Positions 1 through 13,122 of a DNA stretch of 64,000 nucleotides are shown here, one piece after another. The DNA comes from Azolla caroliniana (Eukaryota; Plantae; Polypodiophyta), in contig JBHGNT010000001.1 in the NCBI GenBank assembly GCA_043228905.1, positions 12,276,001 to 12,340,000 on the forward strand, written 5' to 3'. The notes beneath the pieces were generated by a model. It saw nothing but the letters and a program-made list of their open reading frames with translations. It did not search any database and was not told where the DNA came from. The position numbers and the translations under genes are program-made. Numbering within the stretch: position 1 is the stretch's first letter; every line of letters begins with the position of its first letter.

Positions 1-3000
1 TCCGGGCTCTAGTAACTATTAGCCTTCCTTTGCTGAATTTCATGACTCCATTCCGGATGCTACTTGTGTAGCCTTCATCATCTAGCCGACCGCCTGATAT
101 CATGTTGAACTGAATCTCCGGGACGTGTCGGACGTCCTTTAACATCCACTTGCATCCAGTTGATGTCGTCGGTCCGGTGTCAAGTGGAACGATGGTCCGG
201 AATCAACAACCCTGGCAAGGTTTAACTCATTCTCCTTTGTGATGAGCATCAATTCTTCTTCACTTGTTGCGATCGCTGACGTTCCTTTCCAATTCGGACC
301 TCTCCGGTCCGAACCGTTTCGGTCCGAACTCTTCTTTGGATCGATGGTGTCGGCCCCTTTCTCTTTCCGGAAATGCCGACAGTTCTTCTAGAAGTGCCCC
401 GACTTCCCATAGTAGAAGCAAGTAGGCCTCCCCTTGACTTTGATCTTGTCCCCGATTTGTCCCGGTTTTGGAGACTCCGATTTCGGCCTCTTCCCCAGTT
501 ATGGTCATCTTCCCCGATTTTGTCCTAGAGCACATGAGCCTTACTTTCTTCATTGAAGTTGTTGTATTGACTCATGTCGATGAAGCAGCATATGTATGTC
601 TTCGTCTTCATGTGCATCACCTCCCATGTCGTGGCATCGATCTTATCCGGTTTCTTGTCCCCGAATTGTACTGGTGTCCTGATGTGGCATGTCTAGTGCC
701 AGAAAAAGTCAAAAATTGAGGATCCACACACATTTCATGAATACTTGTAAAAATGTAAATAAATCAGTAATAAATAAATGTAGGTCACAATGGCATTGAG
801 TGCATGTAGAGGGTTGCAAGTAGGATTTGAACTTTGCACCTCTAAGATAAGAGGCAATTACCTTACCACTAAAGCTACTAATAAGTTTTTAGATTTTCTA
901 TATTTCTTTTTCATATTCAGTATTCCATAGGAAACAAACGTACAAAACCGTATACACAAAACCATGGTTTTTTGCATGTCACGAAGCAAAACTGTGTGCA
1001 CAGAAACCATGGCTCCAAGCTAATGGTTTTGTGCATGGACAAACCTATAAAACCCCTAGTACGGCTTGTGTAAAGGGGGGGGCTCAATATGTGATATTAT
1101 CATCATCACTATCACCATCAATATAATAATCTTCTTCTTATTATTCTTGTTTATCTTCTTCTTGAGTGTAAAAATTTCGGATCTTCTCAAGTGTAGTGCT
1201 CATTGTTTCCCCAAATCTTACATTCACATCGTCCTCTTCTCAATAACTCCCTGGTCCAAGACCCCAGTGGTCCCGTTCATGTGAAGCACGCACGCACGCG
1301 CATCTTCGCGACATCTCTTGGTGAACCTTACATGAAGAGCGACAGGGGAGGATGAAGATGGACGAGGAATATCTCATGAAGGCAATGTCAAAGATGATGA
1401 TGGAATTTTCGAGAAAAGGTAAACGACGAGATGCGGCCCAACAAGCTGTCGAAAGCATGGTCAAGCGAGTTGGCTATTTCAACGGGGGCATAGTCCAAAA
1501 TTTTCTAGACACCTACAATGCCATGGCGGGCCATTGGATATGATAATCCACTATTGCCTTTGCCAAGTGAAGATTATCGCAAATATGATAATACCGAGAT
1601 GGATTCGAGAGGTGTAAAAGAAGCTATGAGGCTGGAGTACTTTTGTTGGGTGGTGGCTGAACCGAACTACAAAGAGGTAAAAGAGCTTCAAGAAGCTCAT
1701 GATTTGTGGGTGACTTTCAAGGAGGCTCTATTGGAGGCATATGGCTACGAGAGACCGAAGGGACAAATTTTGTACAAGTCGAACAATGGGTGTCATCGAT
1801 GAAGACCCACTAGAGTGCCATGGATGCGTTCGTTGAGTTTCAGTGTCGCTTTGCTCAACTCTTAGAGAGGGATCAAAGATTGGTAGGGGTGAATAAAGTT
1901 CTACTATTTGTAAATTCAATCAATCGGAATGAAAGGAAGGCCATTGGAATCCAACTCGAGGATGACGATGGTGCAAATGGCCTCATCGAGGATTGGGCCA
2001 AAGTGAAAAGGGTATGCCGACAACACGACAAGAGAAAGACGAGATTCTCGTTGACAACAACATGACCCAGGAGGGATGTTGAAAGGAGAACGGGATGCAA
2101 TACACCACCACCGAAGGAAGAAAACTCGAAGAGGGAAGATTCGATACTCAACATAGAAGCCTTAATGAGAGAATCATTCAAGAACTTAAAGGTGCAAGGT
2201 GATGCTGAAGAGGAGCTTAAAATGGAACGAAAACCGAGGAGAACAGTGATCGAGGAAAAAGAGACCTCCCAAAAAATATGGGTTAATGAAGTGGCCGATA
2301 CAAAGGCTCAAGTTTTTTATGACAATACGAAGAGAAAAGGTGCAAAACAAGTCACCTTCTCATATTGGAGAGAAACAAGGGTCAAGTATAAGGTTGAAGA
2401 CTCGAGAGCGGGAAATGCCACTCTAAGAGTAGACAAGCATTTCGAAACACACATTGTGTCCGAAATATCAAGTGATGAAGGTGCAAGCGTGAGCAAAGCT
2501 TGCGTGATCGAGGGAGATAAAGAGTGCGAGGTCGACGTGATTGAGGAGGTAGCCACGACAAACAACATCAAGACAGAGATGGCTATGGACGAGTCGATGG
2601 CGGATGGTCGTGTCGAGACTTTCCCAACACTTGATCTAGAGACTTGGGCAGTTGCATCCAAGAGCCAACATGGGACCCAAGAGACGGAAAGTGGTGGTGA
2701 AGCAAAGATTGAAGTCAATGCGAATAACAACATTGATGGAAAGATGGCTATGGATGAGAAGACGGTGACCGATGGTGCCAAGGTTCTCCCCACAATTGTT
2801 CTTGAGACTTTGGCAGTTGTGCCCGAGAGCCAACATAAGACTGGAGATATGGAAGGTGGCAGTGAAGAGATGAGGGTTGAAGCTAGCCTATACTAAGTAA
2901 TGATGGCCAACAAGGAGGCCAAAAACAAAGCTAAAACAAAGTTTGATAAAGAGACAGACAACAAGAAGCAAGGAAGAACCAAAAAAAAGTTTGGATGGAA

Positions 3001-4601
3001 GATGATGTGCTTGGTTTTCCAATCCGAATGAAAGCCAACCCAGATAGGAGTTGATCGACCGGGTCCTACCCAATCGAAACCCAATCCAGCCAAACCTGAT
3101 CAGTCAAACCCAATCCAGAAGGGAATAGACTCGTTTGAAGCCAATATGTGAGTCTGATTTGGTTGATTGCGAATCCGAACAAAGCCCGAGCAAGCCAAAA
3201 GTTGATTGGTCAAGACCGATCCAGACTGAAGTTGAGCTAGCCTGGCCGGAGGTCGAAGCAGACAAGACATGACACCCGATCGAGGCTGGTGAGCATGAGG
3301 AAAAGCAAGCATGAGATGAGAAAGGACGATCCGAGGAAGTTTGATGACCAAGGAGATGGTCGAGACGAAGGCGGCACATGTACCATGCATGAAGGGTTAC
3401 GCTCTAGAGGAGCAAAAGTGGCTATGACAACTGGTCATGGCAATGCGAAGGGCGATCAAATGATATGGTGGATCGGATGGCAACGATGGTTCAGCTGGAA
3501 GGAATGGACGAGCTCAAAATGGAGGGACAAAGGCAATGCGGGAAGGCACAAGAAAGCAGCAAATCAAAGTTTGACAACCTTTGGTCCCACCACATCACTC
3601 TTTTCCTTCTTGGCACATGCCGAAGGATGTGTGGAGGATCCACACACATTTCATGAATACTTGTAAAAATGTAAATAAATTAGTAATAAATAAACCTAGG
3701 TCACAATGGCATTGAGTGCATGTAGAGGGTTGCAAGTAGGATTTAAACCTTGCACCTCTAAGATAAGAGGCAATTACCTTACCACTAAAGCAACTACTAA
3801 GTGCTTTAGATTTTCTATATTTCTTTCTCATATTCAGTATTCCGTAGGAAACAAACGTACAAAACTGTGTACACAAAACCATGGTTTTCTGCATGTCACG
3901 AAGCAAAACTGTGTGCACAGAAACCATGGCTCCAAGCCCATGGTTCTGTGCATGGACAAACCAATAAAACCCCTAATACAGCTTGTGTAAAGGGGGGGGC
4001 TCAATATGTGATATTATCATCATCACTATCACCATCAATATAATAATCTTCTTCTTATTATTCTTGTTTATCTTCTTCTCGAGTGTAAAAATTTCGGATC
4101 TTCTCAAGTGTAGTGCTCATTGTTTCCCCAAATCTTACATTCACATCGTCCTCTTCTCAATAACTCCCTAGTCCAAGACCAAGTGGTCCCGTTCAAGTGA
4201 AGCATGCACGCACGCGCATCTTCGCGACACCGGCAACCAGAGATCTTTGACCACGAGCATGTCCCTCATCTTCGACTTCCACACTGGGTAGTTGGAGCCG
4301 GTGAGCTTGAACATGCTTCCGAATGACTCTTCCATTTTCTTGTTCGCTCTGATACCAAATTGTGAGGAATAGCCTCGGCCACAACCGTGAGTGAAATACT
4401 TTATGAAAGAACAAAACTGAAATGGAGGTTCATGCACTTACACAAAAGAGACGACATAGGATGTTTACATGGAAAACCCTAATAGGGAAAAACCACGGGA
4501 GCCCACAGACCCCAACTATCCGCTATATGAGAAAAGGAGGTACAAGAGGAGACTCAAAGGCAAGACCTCGAGCTTTGTATCTTCGCCAATCGGCGGCTTC
4601 A

Positions 4602-4641
<40 letters not shown>

Positions 4642-4890
4642 CTACTATGATACAACTAACAACGATAACAACAACGACAACACTCACCACAACTAAAGTG
4701 ATTGCCCTAAGTCATATTTATACTCATATGACTTTTCAGGATATTTACAATTATGGCCTCGCTAGGCTCACCATGAAACATATTTACACATATACCCTTC
4801 GATCCGGTTTGCATCGGATCCATCTGGATTCACTTGATCTGGTTTCCGGGTCTCTTACGGATCCCATACTGAGAGACCGAATTCCCAATA
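1..4890 (-). mobile_element. Degenerate Tork/Tnt1-like Ty1/copia element (5' LTR 4361-4890, PBS 4346-4357, gag start 4335, gag/protease remnants 1-560), interrupted by the element at 718-4229 and running off the window
   Basis: Minus strand has TGGTATCAGAGC (tRNA-iMet PBS) next to an LTR resembling the other Tork-family LTRs here; gag start MEESFGSMFKLTGSNYPVWKSKMRDMLVVKDLW; 1-160 matches the KDVRHVPE...GRLDDEGY...MKFSKG segment of the intact polyprotein at 19276. Confidence 0.85.
718..4229 (+). mobile_element. Non-autonomous Gag-only (TR-GAG-like) LTR element of the Trp-primed gypsy lineage; LTRs about 718-1313 and 3630-4229
   Basis: About 600-bp direct repeats ending CGCGACA; decayed PBS TGGTGAACCttacaTGA at 1319-1335; broken ORFs 1352-2065 align by eye with the gag at 45214-45888 (VLLFVxS...DWAxVKRVC); no PR/RT/IN motifs; the left end and its TSD are lost. 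Confidence 0.8.
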
Positions 4891-4897
4891 AGAAGAT

Positions 4898-5222
4898 TGT
4901 TGAGCGAGCACGTTGAACCGGATCCAAATCGGCTGAATAAGTTAGAGGCGGATTGGTATCCAGAAGGGAGAACTGGATCGGTGTCTGGATGATATCTGGA
5001 ACCAGGAGCCGGATCAGATTGAAACAGGTAGGCTGTTAGAGGCCTACGGATGTAGCCTAGTACATAGGCATATTTTTGTGAGTCAGTGTCAGTCGCTCAT
5101 ATGAGCATTGAAGTACCTGTCAGTACTTCTGTCAATCCTTTATGGACTTGTATAAAAGTGCTCTTTGAGCACATTTCTAGGTAGATAGAGGATTATTATT
5201 TTTTGAATTGAGTTTATGCTTT

Positions 5223-5258
<36 letters not shown>

Positions 5259-5371
5259 TATCTTCTGTGTATACTAAACACTCTCAAGCTTCCATTGAAC
5301 CTGTGTCTTTTATTCTCTGTTGCTGCCCGGCTAAACCGGTTTTGTCAAGCTTCCGCACACTAACTTTCACA
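4898..5371 (+). mobile_element. Solo LTR (474 bp)
   Basis: TGTTGA...TTCACA termini, perfect 5-bp TSD AAGAT (4893-4897 / 5372-5376), TATAAAA near 5151 followed by a (CT)n tract. Confidence 0.8.
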
Positions 5372-5376
5372 AAGAT

Positions 5377-5760
5377 ATAACAGAAGATAGGCACGGTTTA
5401 AGCTTTAATGTAACCTCTATTATTGCATTCGTTCTATCTCTCTCACTCTCTACGACTCGATTTACAAGATGATCAAGAGGTTATTCTTTACAACGTTAGG
5501 TTATTGCTTATATACTAAGCCCTAACTCTTTGGACGAGTTCACACTAGGATACAAATTGGAAGGAGTCGGCCTTTTATGCCAACAGGAAGGACTTATTGC
5601 TTTTTACAATGAGGTTGGGTCACATTAGGGTGGTCATTTGGCTACAAGTTTTAACTGTGATTTACTTTATCCCCCTTTTTCTAGTGTCCTAGTGAGCTTC
5701 ATGTTAATTCTTTGTGTTGATGTCTTCGTGGTTCTTGTCCTGGATGGCAGGTTCTTAACA
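5377..5760 (-). mobile_element. Possible older LTR remnant
   Basis: Minus strand starts TGTTAAGAA at 5760 and has TATATAAG near 5510; no second copy or TSD seen. Confidence 0.3.
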
Positions 5761-6579
5761 ATAATTAACATCGTTTGGTGGTATTATTAATATGAAAGCA
5801 AGGTAGCATTTGACCTAGTAAATGTCAAAGTTATAGACAATTACTATGTCCTTAGTTCCATTAATCATTCTTAGTTTAATTTCAGATGGGGACATTATAG
5901 GACTCCCCCACTTACATCAACACTTGTAACTAATGACATTCAACCAAACACCTATATCGAGAATCGAGGGTATAGGGACTTTGTTGACTATGATTGGCAA
6001 TGTCCAAGTATTGTACCCACTCCTTGTCAACAAATACAATACACCTTAATGGATAAATTGAGGAACTAACCCTAGAGTACTTTCTAAGGTTCACTGCAAT
6101 AAAGTAGATTATGAGTCCTAACAAGGAACCATCTATCTTATTCAGTGCATCATTCTTTCCTTGATGAGAGCCCTTTGTCATTCTTGATGTCCACTAAGAA
6201 GGGTATTCATGAGGCAAGCCTTAGAAAACTAATTTGTATTCAAAATTATGTGCCAAATTACATTTCATTGTAATATCCATTGCAAATTGATGCAATATGC
6301 ATCACATTGGGGAGTAAAAAGTCTAATTATAGAGATAAATAGAACAAGATCAAAAATATATTTCGTCAAATTTAAAGATATGAAATAGAATCTATAAGTA
6401 ACAAATATATGAACTTGTTGGTCGAGACCGACTTGGGACTTGCAAGAATGAGATTATTAAGATATTATATCAAAGTGCACATATGTTACTTATTTGAGTC
6501 TTCCATATCATGTTTATTAGGGAGATAATGTGAAATCCACATGAGCCATGCTATTTGTGTGGATGCTTTGTCAAGATAA

Positions 6580-8900
6580 TCATTTGCAAAAATTACAAGA
6601 AAACAAGATATGGAGATTAGTTGTCTTCATTCGCAACTTCCTCATTTGATGGGCTTGTTTGGACTCAAGTGCAGCCCTCATTTGCTCAGCTTGCTTCTCC
6701 AAAGATGCTATCTTCCTTGATACCTTCTCAACTGCTTTTGCTCTTAGCTTCTCCAACTTTACCTTCAAAACGACAAAGTTTGGAGAAATTATTTAAATTA
6801 ATTAAACATCACAGTGTTTCTTAATCGATCAATTTCCATTTTCATTCTACGGTCCATTGTTGTTCCATTTTGTGAATTGGATTGATTGTTGTTTACAATT
6901 ATCATGTCTTAATAGATTGATGATATCAATTTGCTTGGACTTTTGTATATGGCTGGATCTATTGTTGCATCCTTGATGAACTGAAATTGTGGTTCAATTT
7001 ATACATCAGATTAAAAAATGTTTCCATTTTTTGAATTGGATTGGTGGTTGTTCCATCTAATGAATTTGGTTGATTGTCACTTCAAGATACAAATTTGGTT
7101 CATTCAGGCATTAGAGTGATTCTTGTTTCATTTATATTCTTCTTTTATAGAATGTATTCGATAGATTTCCACATTAGTTCATTTTACCTCTAGCCTCTTT
7201 AACTTTGTGTGTGCTCTAGCCCTTTGGAGGTCTTCCCATGCATCAATTCGAGCTCGTTCTCGTTTATACCTGATAAAACCATAATCCAACTATAATCGTG
7301 AAGCCAAACTTTGTAACCAATTATGGTAATGTTGAGAAAAATCCATCAATTGCAAAGCCTCATCACATGAATAGTCACATTTTCTGATTGTTAATTTATT
7401 GACTTAAATATTATGTAAAAAGGGTTCATTGTTGAAGTGCAAAATGAAGATTAAGCCAAGCAATTAAAGAGAAACAAATTCTAAAGATGAAATCAATAAA
7501 AAAAGACAAATCTCACTCACTCATTCTCTTCGAATAATAACAACAAATAAAGGGGTTGTTTGTTATCATGTCATTCACTGATGAAAACAACCAGAAACCG
7601 TGTCAATGAAAAAGAAAGAGAACCCACTTAGCAATACATTTCGCTCGTTCGGCTTCCTCCCATGCCGCCGTATGGGTCTCCAAAAGGGTAAAGGACCCCG
7701 AAATGTTTTTACCTTCCACTGCATGACAATTCTCCTCGGTCACTACATTCATTGGACTATGTGCACATACTTGCTCATCACAGGATTGGAAGGACACGTT
7801 GCTTCCACAAGGGAGGTCCATAAGAGCCAAATTAGACATGCGGCACCCCTCCAAAATCTCCACATGATTGATGTAATCGTTACTATCAAGAACTGAATTG
7901 TCATTGCTACTAATATTATCCTTTTTCATCACATCACTATTCCGCCTCTTCTTGACCGGTGTATTATGTCGTGGGGGTGAGCTATTTCTAACAGGAGAAG
8001 AACAAGAACTTGAGAATGGGGTCATTTGAGTACCCATGTCTCTTTTTGATGTTGAAGGTGAGACCTCGGTATATGCATCTTTTGTCAAAACTGACCGTCC
8101 TTCTGCTAGCCCATCAACAAAAAGTTTCTTTTGCTCCACGACACCTACGTCTGAATCAACTGCAAAAACATACAAAATGATCAAAGAGAAACTTTTTTCT
8201 CATTTGACATTGCAATACAGTTACACATACATAATACTTCTTCTTAAGTCTAGTCACTAATGCATCCATATACTTCTTCTGACTAAAATATCCACATGCT
8301 TCTTATGACTAGGCACAGCATATACTTCTAGGACTAACTCATACATATACTTTTATCATACATATACTTCTTATGACCAACTCATACATATACTTCTTAT
8401 GGTAACACATGCATGTATTTCTTATGGTAATACATAAATATACTTCTTAAGGTAACAAATACATCTACTTATTATGACGAACCATCCATAGACATCGTAT
8501 GCTAACTAGTACAAGCATGTAGTTCTTATGCTGACATATCCATATCCATTGTATCACTAACAAACATACATGTACTACTAATAACTACCAATAGCTTTGA
8601 TCCTTTTCAATGAGTGAGCAATCCATGATTATTACCCACAGTGTTTGATTCCTTATGAACCAATGTTGAACCACAAGGGCTTGAATAGGGATATAATGTT
8701 AAGCAAACCGATTTGCAATTATTGTTTGGAGTATAAGATGATCGTATTTGGCTTTTAATAGAAACTTGAGGCTTTTTGGCATTAGGACCCTCGGAGTTAT
8801 AATTGTGGTGGCCATATAACCATTTTTCAGCATCTTCCCACTTAGTGGATACAGCTGGTGATGTGAGTATAGAACTTCCCCTGAGCACTGTAGTCATCAT
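6580..8900 (-). CDS. Remorin family protein (group 6-like), exons 8636-8900, 7628-8159, 7188-7269, 6580-6762; 353 aa if started at ATG 8900 (true start may be further upstream)
   Basis: GT-AG introns join in phase with no stops; N-terminal STKWEDAEKWL motif, RDMGTQMTP, and Remorin_C coiled coil AAWEEAERAKCIAKYKRERARIDAWEDLQRARA...KLEKLRAKAVEK ending in Cys-containing SCNFCK. Confidence 0.9.
8221..8590. repeat. Degenerate minisatellite (about 25-30 bp, core CATACATATACTTCTTATG) in remorin intron
   Basis: Recurrent catacatatacttcttatg-like units visible across 8221-8590. Confidence 0.6.
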
Positions 8901-10723
8901 TCTATTTTCAGTGATTGCTCAGACAAATCACCACACATGATATTACATTCTAAGGAGAAAGGATTGTAGTAATCTCACATGAGACATAACATAACATGAT
9001 GCCATAAAATATATCTTCACATCAACATTGTGCCATAATGGCCATATGTACAGTCAAAGACACAAATCCTATACATGATAATAGGCAGCCTGATGTCACA
9101 GGAGATGGCTATTTTACTGTCATACAATAATATGATAACATGATGCAGCATGCATCTTCACACCCATATATATGATTAAAGACCATTTATATATATGTAT
9201 GGATATGAACAAAATTAGGTAAACAGCTACTTCTACATCAACTTCCGTGATCCTATGCACAACTTCATATCCAACTCACATCAACAAATACTAGAAAAAT
9301 ACTACTCATACAGTGTGTGTGTGTGTGTGTGTGTTTATGCATGTGAAGAAATAGGACATTAAGAAATGCAAATGCACTTGAGCATGAACATCTGTGATGC
9401 AAAATATGCAGCTTCACATCCACCTATACTGTCAACGATCACTTCCATACAATGTGTACGGAAGAAAGAGTGTGTTAAGGATTTAGCACACAGATTTCAA
9501 CATAGAAGAAGGAAAGAAAGGCGGATACCATTGGGAGGGGATGAAAAACAGGGCTCTGCGGTCACGAGCAGAAAGGGAGGAGCGCTATTACTTTTTGGGA
9601 GGCTTGTGAAGAAATCAATGTTCTCCTGGAAAAAGTCGTTTCGTGCAGGCAATCAAGTTTTCTCGCCATCGCCATGTGATGATTGATCTTACTCGCCGAA
9701 AGAAGCAAAAAGAGCGACCCCCTGTTCTGCATTTTAATTTTTGCTTTTTTGCTTTTTGCTTTTGTTGCTTTTTGCGTTTTGGGTAGCCTGTTTTTTTTTT
9801 TTGTAACACTTTTATCACTAGTGGGAAAACTCAAAGTGAGGTGAAACCCACAAAGAATAAAGAAAAATATACAAGTGTCCATTAGACACTAAAGAGCTTA
9901 AAAGCACTCAAAGTAAAGATTGTAAATTTGCAGTGTGATGTTTCTAAGTTGCAGACAATCAAATAGAGATTGCCTGAGGGATTGCTTAGAAAAGCGAACT
10001 TCATGCAGTTGGTTTCCATCAAAGACCTTATTATTGCGGGTTGTCCAAATGGTCCAGAGTGCCCAAAATCATGTCCATTGAAGAAAATAGGCATTGTTGG
10101 ATAGGGCGCACGGAATTTGTCCAAATATCCAAAACTGTTTGCCAAACCTTCGGCCAGGAAATCTGTGATAAAGAGATGCACTTAGTCTTTGTACAAATGT
10201 TGTAGTGAATGAGCAAGCCTATAATAAGTGTGGGGCCATTTCCAATCGTCCACCACATCTTGCACAATGCGATGAGGCAATCAATCTCTTTTGAAGATTC
10301 GATCCAGTCGGGAGCATACCCAATAGGCATCTCCATAGGAATACCCATTGCTTAAGTGGAAGACAAAGCTCCATAAGCTTGTAAGCCTGTTTTTCCACCA
10401 GGACTGCGTTGTGTGTAGGTTCCATAATGCATTTGCATGTTCGTGAAACCATGGGACAGGTTGCAAGAACATATACATTGAATGTGTTGTAATGTTATGC
10501 ATTGGAATAACAATTTTCCCTTTTTGTAACATCCAATCCTGAATCCTGCGATCTCCATCAAGAGGTGGCACAGGTACTAAGGAAAGTACCAACTCAGTGA
10601 CTTGATTCCAGTTAACACGATGATGTGGCCCAAGACTATAACGACATGTCATGTCATTGAAGTGCAATAAGTGACATTGGTCATTTACCACATCTGAATT
10701 GATTACCTACAATTGCAGGGGGA

Positions 10724-11242
10724 ATGGGGAGAGTAGTATGCTCCCCAAAAACTACAAGTACTTCTAATAGATTTTGCATTCTTTGGGACATAGATGTTCC
10801 GATCTTGGAAGTTATCACCCTCAACTCGGATGATCCAACTATTGGTGCAAGACCTTTTAAGTTGGAATGGGCCAAATTTGCAAGTGCATGTTACACATGT
10901 AACAAGTTTGGTCATATGCAATCAAAATGCCCAACATTGACTATTCAACCACTTGAAACCGCAATGTTGAAACCTGCATCACTAAAAGAAAATAGTCAGG
11001 TTTCTTCTTCAAAGGCAACAAACCAATCTATGATGCAACCCATCCAGAAATTGAGAGTACAAGACAAAGGGAAAAGTGAAGTCCCGCAGACAATTGGTAA
11101 TGTGCAATCAAACATGCACGATTTGAGACAGGCCTTTGATATGGACAAAGAGAACACTGAAGGATGGCAAATATCTAAGAAATCCATTAGAAGCAAAACA
11201 CCTGTGGTGGTGAGGATTCAGGAACTACACTCACGCACTTGA
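10724..11242 (+). pseudogene. LINE ORF1 C-terminal fragment with CCHC zinc knuckle
   Basis: CYTCNKFGHMQSKC (CX2CX4HX4C) upstream of the endonuclease region. Confidence 0.75.
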
Positions 11243-12064
11243 GAATCAAGGTTCATTTTTACAGGTTAATGCTTCAATGCTCTCTTCAATCTCAAAAGCT
11301 TGGAAAGGGTGAGTAGAGGTTCATATGTGGACATTTACAAAGATGGATCAAATTCAGATATTAGTATTTATGCAAATAAGCATGGTGGTGATACTAATAT
11401 GCAATCAGATTAGTATTTTGCTTTGTTTGATATCTTCAACCATATTAATCATGCATAAACAAGTAAAATGTGTCTCCTTCAATATACGGGGTCTTTGTAA
11501 CCCTAGTAAATGGAAACTATTTTAGAACTATATTACCTCTTCTCAAGCAGATGTAATTTGTGTTCAAGAACATAAACAAGTTGAATTCAATGGTCAAGTT
11601 GGTTCATTTGGAGGTTTTGACATCTTCTATGCAGGTCAAGGTACAACATCTGGAGTGCTTATGATCATAAAACATGAGCTAAATCCTATGGTTGCCTATA
11701 ATGATCAAAGTGGGAGGTGGATGGTTGTACAATGCATGATAAATGGTGAGACGTATGATTTTGTTGGAATGCCCCGAATGCCTCAAGGCACAGAGCTTTA
11801 CTTTGGCAAGACATGTGTGCTTATCCATGGTCACAAAATGCATTTATATGTGGAGATTTCAACAACTCTCCAAATGCAGGTGATAACACTAGTGAACAAG
11901 GTCAATGGTATAATATGCAAAACTCATTGGATTGGGTTGATTTATGGCAAATGACACACCCACATGTTCTTGGTTTTACCTTTAATCACACCACCTACTC
12001 TGCATACTATGCAAGGCTTGATAGATGGTATTTGTTGCATGCTAGTCGGTATTAAAATTTCACT

Positions 12065-12471
12065 TGTACAATGCATATAGATCATGCTTTGCAGTTGTCA
12101 GATCATGCTCTTGTCTGGCTAGACCTTCATTTTGGGAATCATTACTATGAAGTGCATCTCCAAAGAAAGAGACTTATGGTCATTAACAACAACAACCTCA
12201 AGCATGAAGTCTTCAAGATGATGGTCTATGACATAATACCTCCTCTTTATGTAGAAGTCAACATAGATCATGTACAATGCATATAGATCATGCTTTGCAG
12301 TTGTCAGATCATGCTCCTGTCTGGCTAGACCTTCATTTTGGGAATCATTACTATGAAGTGCATCTCCAAAGAAAGAGACTTATGGTCATTAACAACAACA
12401 ACCTCAAGCATGAAGTCTTCAAGATGATGGTCTATGACATAATATCTCCTCTTTATGTAGAAGTCAACATA
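12065..12471 (+). repeat. 206-bp tandem duplication inside the LINE endonuclease region
   Basis: 12065-12265 is repeated at 12271-12471 (MHIDHALQLSDHA... appears twice). Confidence 0.9.
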
Positions 12472-12707
12472 TATGTTGATATAGCGTGGGTACATTTTGT
12501 ACATAGATTACAAACAATAATACAAGAGTATGGGAAGTGGTATGTCTCAAGACAGACATATTACACTCAACAAGCCAAATTTACTTGTCAAGCCCTAACG
12601 GAGTTAGCACATAGAAGATCTTTGACTTTACATAAAGACGATGCATTATGTATGGCCAAACACACATTGATGCTACATGACAAAAATAAATTGGAAAAAT
12701 GGCAAGT

Positions 12708-13122
12708 TGTCATGATATGGCAAGACTCAAACCCATGACCTTATATTACATGGGTCGAGCTCTTGACCATTACACTATCTATTGTAATACGTAGGATATT
12801 ATTTTTATTTAAGTTTTACTATAGAAAATTAATGTATATTCCAGATTTCTCTGGAACATTCTAAAAGCTTCAGGACTACTCCTAAGAACACTATAAAAGG
12901 AGGCACAAGGCATTATTTCGAACCAAATCGGTTCAACGCCAGTCTTAAGCCCCCTAGCCTTCCTTGTATATTCTTCTCACATAATATATCGTTGTCATCA
13001 TCATTTTCTCTCCCTCGATCTCTCTCTCCCTCCCTCCCTCTCTCTCTCCTTCTCTTGAGTGTTTGACACCCTCTATTCCTCTTAGTACTAATTTCTTCTC
13101 TGTCTCAGTACTATTCCTGACA
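12708..13122 (+). mobile_element. Solo LTR (415 bp) inserted in LINE ORF2
   Basis: TGTCA...TGACA termini, TSD CAAGT/CAAAT, TATAAAAGG near 12892 and a CT-rich tract; LINE coding resumes afterwards. Confidence 0.75.
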
